DNA from: an uncultured virus (IMG/VR IMGVR_UViG_3300020147_000003)
Lineage: Duplodnaviria > Heunggongvirae > Uroviricota > Caudoviricetes
DNA length: 20,000 bases
Reading direction: 5' to 3' (one strand)
IMG/VR virus record: IMGVR_UViG_3300020147_000003
Shown: in pieces, positions 15,620 to 20,000 of the stretch
How the letters are laid out: every line of letters begins with the position of its first letter
How positions within the stretch are numbered: position 1 is the stretch's first letter
Notes under the pieces: model-generated
What the model saw: only the letters and a program-made list of their open reading frames with translations
Databases searched by the model: none
Told to the model about the DNA's origin: nothing
Position numbers and translations under genes: made by a program

Positions 15620-17336
15620 ATTGAATTAAAATTTCGGTGACTATTTCTATCCGCTTATTGAAGTCAAGGGCTTGCGAGGCAAATGTGGTTAAGTCGCCGT
15701 GTTCACGCTCGAACCTTGCAATAAGTGTAGAGAAATTGAATTTCAAATAAATCAGCTCCGGAGGCGCTGTTCCGAGGTTCTTTACCTCGTCGGCTGTCTT
15801 GTGCCGGAAGGGGTCTAGGTGTAAAAGGATTTTTTCACGCTGCTGCATTATAGGGTCGAACCTGTAACGTGCTGCCAAATAATCCTCCCAAAGCCTGTCC
15901 AAGACCGAGGCGTTGGCCCCCGCCTTCCTTCTATCCTCGTACTGTGTCAAAAGGTCGTCGGCGCGGAGGATATGAAATTCTGTTCCCAGGTTTATCGTCG
16001 CACCCATGAACACCCGTTGGCCGTACCTTAATCTTGCCATTGTTTCTTCCGTCCACTTCTGGAGGGATTCAAAATTTGGCTTTAAATTGATAAGGGCTTG
16101 GGTTTTGGCATCTACTATTGCCCCTACCTGTTTTTCGTTCACCGCTTGGTCGTTCACCGCCTCATTTTCAGCGCCGGTCACATCGATGAATATGGCTTTC
16201 CTAAGCCTGTCCACCTCCTGGGAATTGTATTCCAGGCTGACATTTTCAGCCGGAACCACCCCTACCGGATCGCCAAGGTCCTTTTCATCCTGTTTGGGCA
16301 TTGGTTTTCCGACAAAACTTCCCGCTCCGAGTAGCTTAGATTTCGAGCATACCGGACACCGGTGCAATGCCCCGGTTCTCCCATCGACCTGGTACTGCCC
16401 ACTTCCATCCCGGAGAAATCCGACATGGCATTGTAAGTAAATGCCCCTGTCCCGGTCCTCCTGAACGAACGTACATTTAGGCGCATAGCCCCAGTAGATT
16501 GGATATTGCGCCGTCAGCTCGTTCACCCGTTTAGAAATCAGGTAAGCTAAAAGCCAGTCTAATTCCCCGAGGTGTTTGCTCAACGGGCTTTCCTTTAAAT
16601 CAGTCGTGGCGTTGCTGACCGGGTCCGTCCACATCCAGCGGACAGGCGTATACCCAAGGTCGTGAGGGATTTCGGTTTCTACGCCCACTATTTCGGTGCT
16701 TCCTTTTCCCTTCAGTTTGAAAATCCTGTAATGGGTTTGGTCGAACCAAGCCATACGGTCCTCCCCAAGGGGGAATGCAATCCATCGGAAGGCCTCACCA
16801 TCCCATTCGTAGTCGTGAACGGCTTCGATATTGAGAAGGTAAGGGTATGGCTCTGGAAGGTCGCCTTCTTGCTCCTGGGGCAAATCAACCACGACAAGGG
16901 AATTCACCCTGCCCTCTACCAACGTGTCAAAGACCTTTCGGCGAAAGAAACCGGGTAGCTTTTTCATCTCCCGGTAAACTTGCCAATCTTGCGCCGCTTC
17001 CGGCGCATTGAAATCGTACTGCTGCACGGGATTTCGGCCGTCAAAAACCTTCTCCAGAGCAGCGAAAATCTTTTCCGTAAAAGCTACCGTTGGAAGCGGA
17101 AAACGAAAAAGGACACAGAACAGGTTAAATTTTTCGGGCTTGCTTAAAACCCCTTCCCACCAGTTCAGGAATTCCGTTACCGCAACCCCAGCCGCTAGAG
17201 CATCGCCTTGTGCAAGATTTAGGGTACCGTGCAGGCGAAGCCGCGCCTCATGCCTTGCCGCCCTTGCGAGCCGGTCCCGATTTTTCTTGCTCTTCAGCAG
17301 TTCCCTGATTTCCAGGGTTGTCAGCGGTTGCGGCAT
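15540..17336 (-). CDS. Portal protein
   Basis: 598 aa upstream of scaffold and capsid; FRFPLPT, VFDGRNP, HDLGYTP, YPIY and AVNEKQV motifs recalled from Bacteroidota phage portals; Cys-rich insert. Confidence 0.85.
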   Translation of the reverse strand: MPQPLTTLEIRELLKSKKNRDRLARAARHEARLRLHGTLNLAQGDALAAGVAVTEFLNWWEGVLSKPEKFNLFCVLFRFPLPTVAFTEKIFAALEKVFDGRNPVQQYDFNAPEAAQDWQVYREMKKLPGFFRRKVFDTLVEGRVNSLVVVDLPQEQEGDLPEPYPYLLNIEAVHDYEWDGEAFRWIAFPLGEDRMAWFDQTHYRIFKLKGKGSTEIVGVETEIPHDLGYTPVRWMWTDPVSNATTDLKESPLSKHLGELDWLLAYLISKRVNELTAQYPIYWGYAPKCTFVQEDRDRGIYLQCHVGFLRDGSGQYQVDGRTGALHRCPVCSKSKLLGAGSFVGKPMPKQDEKDLGDPVGVVPAENVSLEYNSQEVDRLRKAIFIDVTGAENEAVNDQAVNEKQVGAIVDAKTQALINLKPNFESLQKWTEETMARLRYGQRVFMGATINLGTEFHILRADDLLTQYEDRRKAGANASVLDRLWEDYLAARYRFDPIMQQREKILLHLDPFRHKTADEVKNLGTAPPELIYLKFNFSTLIARFEREHGDLTTFASQALDFNKRIEIVTEILIQYVEEKIQRAEPPERRGEPASAGVGVN

Positions 17337-17478
17337 TTTCTGTGGTTTTCTGTTCGTCCTCCGCCAACCGCCAGCCGTTTTCGTGCTTATTCGTCGGATG
17401 GTTTAAAATCGCCTTGGCGTGTTCCTCATCCACCCAAATCGGGTCGTTGGTCGGACAAACGAGTTTTACTTTTTTCAT
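17248..17478 (-). CDS. Small phage protein (76 aa)
   Basis: Fills the gap between tail tube and portal; HA..IL...GW.L motif; its disordered tail overlaps the portal start by 89 nt. Confidence 0.7.
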   Translation of the reverse strand: MKKVKLVCPTNDPIWVDEEHAKAILNHPTNKHENGWRLAEDEQKTTENAATADNPGNQGTAEEQEKSGPARKGGKA

Positions 17479-17489
17479 GTCAAAGGCTA

Positions 17490-18125
17490 TTAATTAGCCA
17501 AGCCGGTTAAGGCATTAAAGTCCGAGGGTGTTACCTCGTACAATACATTGTCCCAACCGTCTGGCAAGTAGAATTCAAGGGTGTTGAAGCCACGGGTATT
17601 TATGGCATCACCTTGGCGACCGCTTACCTTCAGCTCTTTGATATCGATTCCCCTTGCCTTCGTGGGAGAGGAATTGGCATCGGCTGACATAATAATCCGC
17701 CCGAACCCGTTGATAAGGTGAACTGTCAAATCCTCACCGTAGAGCTTACGGAGTTCCTCGATTGTTTTCGAAACCCGTGCGGTTACCTTACAGGTAAACT
17801 TGCCGGGACCGAAACCAACGAATTTGGGAATACCCCCAGCGGTTTCACCGGGTCCGCCTTCTTCGTAGACTTGCCCCGGTTCGAAAACCGGGTTGTCAAT
17901 TTCGAAGGGCGTAACAATTGCTTTCGTGCCGTTGACGGCAGTAAGCAAGGGAGTCCAACTAGCGATAAGATTTGGATTTGCTGAAGCGATGGTCAACTCG
18001 TTTAGAGTTGTGCCGGAGGAGTATTTGCGCTGGAAGATTAACTTCCGAACCTCACCGATCTGTAAACAGCCGTTGGAAATGGCGGTAAGAGAGGCAGCTG
18101 ACGACCCGCAGAAATTTGTGAGCAT
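17490..18125 (-). CDS. Major tail (tube) protein
   Basis: 211 aa, beta-rich; G.V.K..FQR, SW..LL.A..GTK..V.P, T.GGI and DFNALT motifs recalled from Bacteroides siphophage tail tube proteins. Confidence 0.72.
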   Translation of the reverse strand: MLTNFCGSSAASLTAISNGCLQIGEVRKLIFQRKYSSGTTLNELTIASANPNLIASWTPLLTAVNGTKAIVTPFEIDNPVFEPGQVYEEGGPGETAGGIPKFVGFGPGKFTCKVTARVSKTIEELRKLYGEDLTVHLINGFGRIIMSADANSSPTKARGIDIKELKVSGRQGDAINTRGFNTLEFYLPDGWDNVLYEVTPSDFNALTGLAN

Positions 18126-18142
18126 TGTACCGTGCTTTTTAG
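18126..18142 (-). promoter_or_regulatory. Leader motif B, copy 4 (CTAAAAAGCACGGTACA-ATG)
   Basis: One mismatch to copies 2 and 3; abuts the ATG. Confidence 0.8.
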
Positions 18143-18155
18143 TATTCTAGCCTCG

Positions 18156-18169
18156 GCCTGCTCTTAAGC
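18156..18169 (-). promoter_or_regulatory. Leader motif A (GCTTAAGAGCAGGC)
   Basis: 13/14 identity with 7891-7904; 30 nt before the ATG. Confidence 0.8.
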
Positions 18170-18201
18170 ACTTGGCTTTTAATTCAAAAAGAGAAGCAGT
18201 G

Positions 18202-18234
18202 CAAATGTATTGTATTTTGTATTTAAAAAACAAA
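18202..18234 (-). promoter_or_regulatory. Bacteroidota sigmaA promoter, leftward
   Basis: TTTG (18234-18231), N21, TACATTTG (18209-18202); matches the -33/-7 consensus. Confidence 0.8.
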
Positions 18235-18307
18235 TTTTAATATCAAAAATTTTTGACCCAAGGAGAGTTCCCGGTTACGCCGGGAAGCATTTTATTACTA
18301 AAACCTA

Positions 18308-18315
18308 TATTTTTG
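18308..18315 (+). promoter_or_regulatory. Bacteroidota sigmaA -7 element, rightward (TATTTTTG)
   Basis: TAnnTTTG ending 65 nt before the tape measure ATG; no clear -33 element. Confidence 0.65.
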
Positions 18316-18337
18316 CCACATTATTCCCCGCCTTACA

Positions 18338-18349
18338 CTTAGGAGCAGG
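18338..18349 (+). promoter_or_regulatory. Leader motif A (CTTAGGAGCAGG)
   Basis: 12/12 identity to the copy at 7892-7903 on the opposite strand; about 30 nt before the ATG. Confidence 0.8.
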
Positions 18350-18380
18350 TGAACGGCGCTCAACCATTCAACCACCTGCC

Positions 18381-20000
18381 ATGGCAAATACGCTGAAGAC
18401 TTCCGAGCTTTTTACCGACGACATTATCGACAAGCTCATCGCCAAATTTCATGAACTAGGAAACGAGATTGAAAAGGACTTGGGGAAAATAAAAACCGAG
18501 GCCGCTGGGATGAAGAAATCAATTGAAGGGGTGAACACCACTACCGCAGCCGGCAGGGAAGAGGTGAATAGATACTCGCAAGTTGTTGCACAGCTTAACC
18601 AGGCGCAAAGCCGGTATCTGGAAGTTCAAAGCCAACAGAAACAAAAAATCGAGGAATTGAAGGTCGCTACTAGGACCTTGAACGAGTTGAAGAAAAATGA
18701 GGCAAGGTTTACCCTTTCAGCCGAAGGTTCCTATAACCGCCTATCGGCACAGTACAACATTATCAAACTTTCCCTGAACGCTATGTCCAAAGAGCAAAGG
18801 GAAAACACGAAAGAGGGCCGGGAGTTGGTAAAAACTGCAAAGCAAATCTTTGAAGAAATGAAGCGTTTGCAGGCTGAGACGGGGAAAACGGCTTTGAATG
18901 TAGGCAATTACAGCGATGCTATCGATAAAGCGGTAATGAACCTGGGAGAAATGAAGCAAGAGCTTTTGGCGCTTCGAAACATCTCCTTCGAGGGAAAAAC
19001 CCAGCAGGAAATCGACCAAATAAACCGCAGGATCGGGGAATTGACAGACAGCATGGCCGATTTACGGGCGGAACAAACAGCTTATGGGACCGAAACCGGG
19101 GCGCTCGTTGCCGGTTCGTTCAAGTTTTTTGCCGCTGGCATTGAAGGTATTGTGGCCAGTACCAAGCTGCTTGGAATTCAAAGCCCGGTATTGGATAAAT
19201 TGCAGAATAGCGTAGTCGAACTGATTGCCGTGTCGCAGGCGCTTGGCGCAATAGAGGACGTGTTGCAGAAAAAGACCTTGCAGGCTACTGCTGCCAGAAT
19301 AAAATCCATAGCGATTAATGCAAAGGACACCGTTTCGAAGTGGGCAAACGGCGTTGCCACTACCGCCGCCGCCCGAGCCGAAGATGCAAGGACCGTTGCC
19401 CTAGCCAGGGGAAGTGTAGTCACCCGTGGCGCTGCCGCGGTGCAATGGCTTTGGAATGCTGCCTTGGCTGCAAATCCCATCGGGCTGGTTATCACCGGTG
19501 TTGCCGCTTTGGTTGCTGGAATTGTATTGCTTACAAGGGTGATGCGTGACAATACTGACGAAATCGAAAGGCAATCCCAGGCTTACGGCAAACTGGTAGA
19601 AGCAAGGAAATTGGATGAGGCCCTTACCAAACAAAAAATTGCGCTTGCAAGGGAACAGGGCCAGGCGGATACTGAAATAACCCGGCTGGAGCTGGAAGCG
19701 GCAAGGAAACGCAGGGAGGCATTATTCAGGGAGCATCAGGATTTTTTGAAAATCCTTTATTCAAAGAAAAAAGCCTCCGACGACGAAAAGCAACGAAATG
19801 AGGATTACTTCAGAGAAAGAAAGGAAGTAGCCGCAGAAATCCAAATCCTCGAAACTAGGCTTACCAGACAGGAAAAAGAAGCGGCAGAGGAACGAGCTAA
19901 AACAGCGGAGCAGGAGGCGGAACGGGCTAGAGCCGAACGTGAAAGGCTTCAAAAGCAAAAGGAAGCACAGATAAAAGAAATCCAGGATGCCCAACTGAAG
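18381..20000 (+). CDS. Tail tape measure protein (partial, runs off window; not in ORF track)
   Basis: 540 codons from ATG (MANTLKTSELF...) in one frame; GSYNRLSAQY...LQAETGKTALNVGNY and QWLWNAALAANPIGLVI motifs; coiled-coil, Ala-rich. Confidence 0.9.
   Translation, partial: MANTLKTSELFTDDIIDKLIAKFHELGNEIEKDLGKIKTEAAGMKKSIEGVNTTTAAGREEVNRYSQVVAQLNQAQSRYLEVQSQQKQKIEELKVATRTLNELKKNEARFTLSAEGSYNRLSAQYNIIKLSLNAMSKEQRENTKEGRELVKTAKQIFEEMKRLQAETGKTALNVGNYSDAIDKAVMNLGEMKQELLALRNISFEGKTQQEIDQINRRIGELTDSMADLRAEQTAYGTETGALVAGSFKFFAAGIEGIVASTKLLGIQSPVLDKLQNSVVELIAVSQALGAIEDVLQKKTLQATAARIKSIAINAKDTVSKWANGVATTAAARAEDARTVALARGSVVTRGAAAVQWLWNAALAANPIGLVITGVAALVAGIVLLTRVMRDNTDEIERQSQAYGKLVEARKLDEALTKQKIALAREQGQADTEITRLELEAARKRREALFREHQDFLKILYSKKKASDDEKQRNEDYFRERKEVAAEIQILETRLTRQEKEAAEERAKTAEQEAERARAERERLQKQKEAQIKEIQDAQLK

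Larger units (their letters stand above)
1..20000. mobile_element. Tailed phage/prophage structural region, Bacteroidota host
   Basis: Portal-, scaffold-, capsid-, neck-, tail tube-, tape measure-, holin- and tail-fibre-like ORFs are densely packed. No host genes, integrase or att site are visible, so prophage versus free phage cannot be decided. Confidence 0.93.

Noticed and set aside
17224..17231. CACGGTAC core inside the portal CDS
   Set aside because: It lacks the upstream A run and a following ATG; probably chance.
18341..18345. AGGAG as a Shine-Dalgarno site
   Set aside because: It is 35 nt from the ATG, and the tail tube copy reads AAGAG; the spacing is incompatible with SD function.
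18741..19994. Minus-strand ORFs (92, 124, 77, 77 aa)
   Set aside because: Shadows of the plus-strand tape measure gene.
1..20000. CRISPR array, tRNA/rRNA, alternative genetic code
   Set aside because: No regularly spaced repeats or cloverleaf were seen, and standard-code ORFs tile the window almost completely.

Overview
The window is a virion morphogenesis region of a long-tailed (sipho-type) phage or prophage with a Bacteroidota host, judged from TAnnTTTG promoter elements, the lack of SD sites at the usual spacing, and signal peptides cleaved before Gln. A divergent promoter region at about 18130-18380 drives two units. On + is a tape measure gene (18381 to the window end, missing from the ORF track). 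On - is a long run: tail tube, small ORF, portal, small ORF, scaffold, major capsid, lipoprotein, head-tail connector/neck genes, two small inserted ORFs (one HExxH), tail completion gene, membrane protein and holin. After a terminator and a fresh promoter come five consecutive signal-peptide genes, including two tail-fibre-like proteins, then a frameshifted probable tail assembly chaperone. Two observations stand out. (1) A recurring 5'-leader motif (CTTAGGAGCAGG-like) in four structural-gene leaders can in each case base-pair with an anti-motif beside or just after the start codon, and a second motif (AAAAACACGGTAC) abuts four start codons. Together they suggest an undescribed RNA-level late-gene switch. 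(2) The tail-fibre-like proteins appear to be Sec-exported. All product calls come from motif recognition, gene context and remembered similarity; no searches or folding programs were run.
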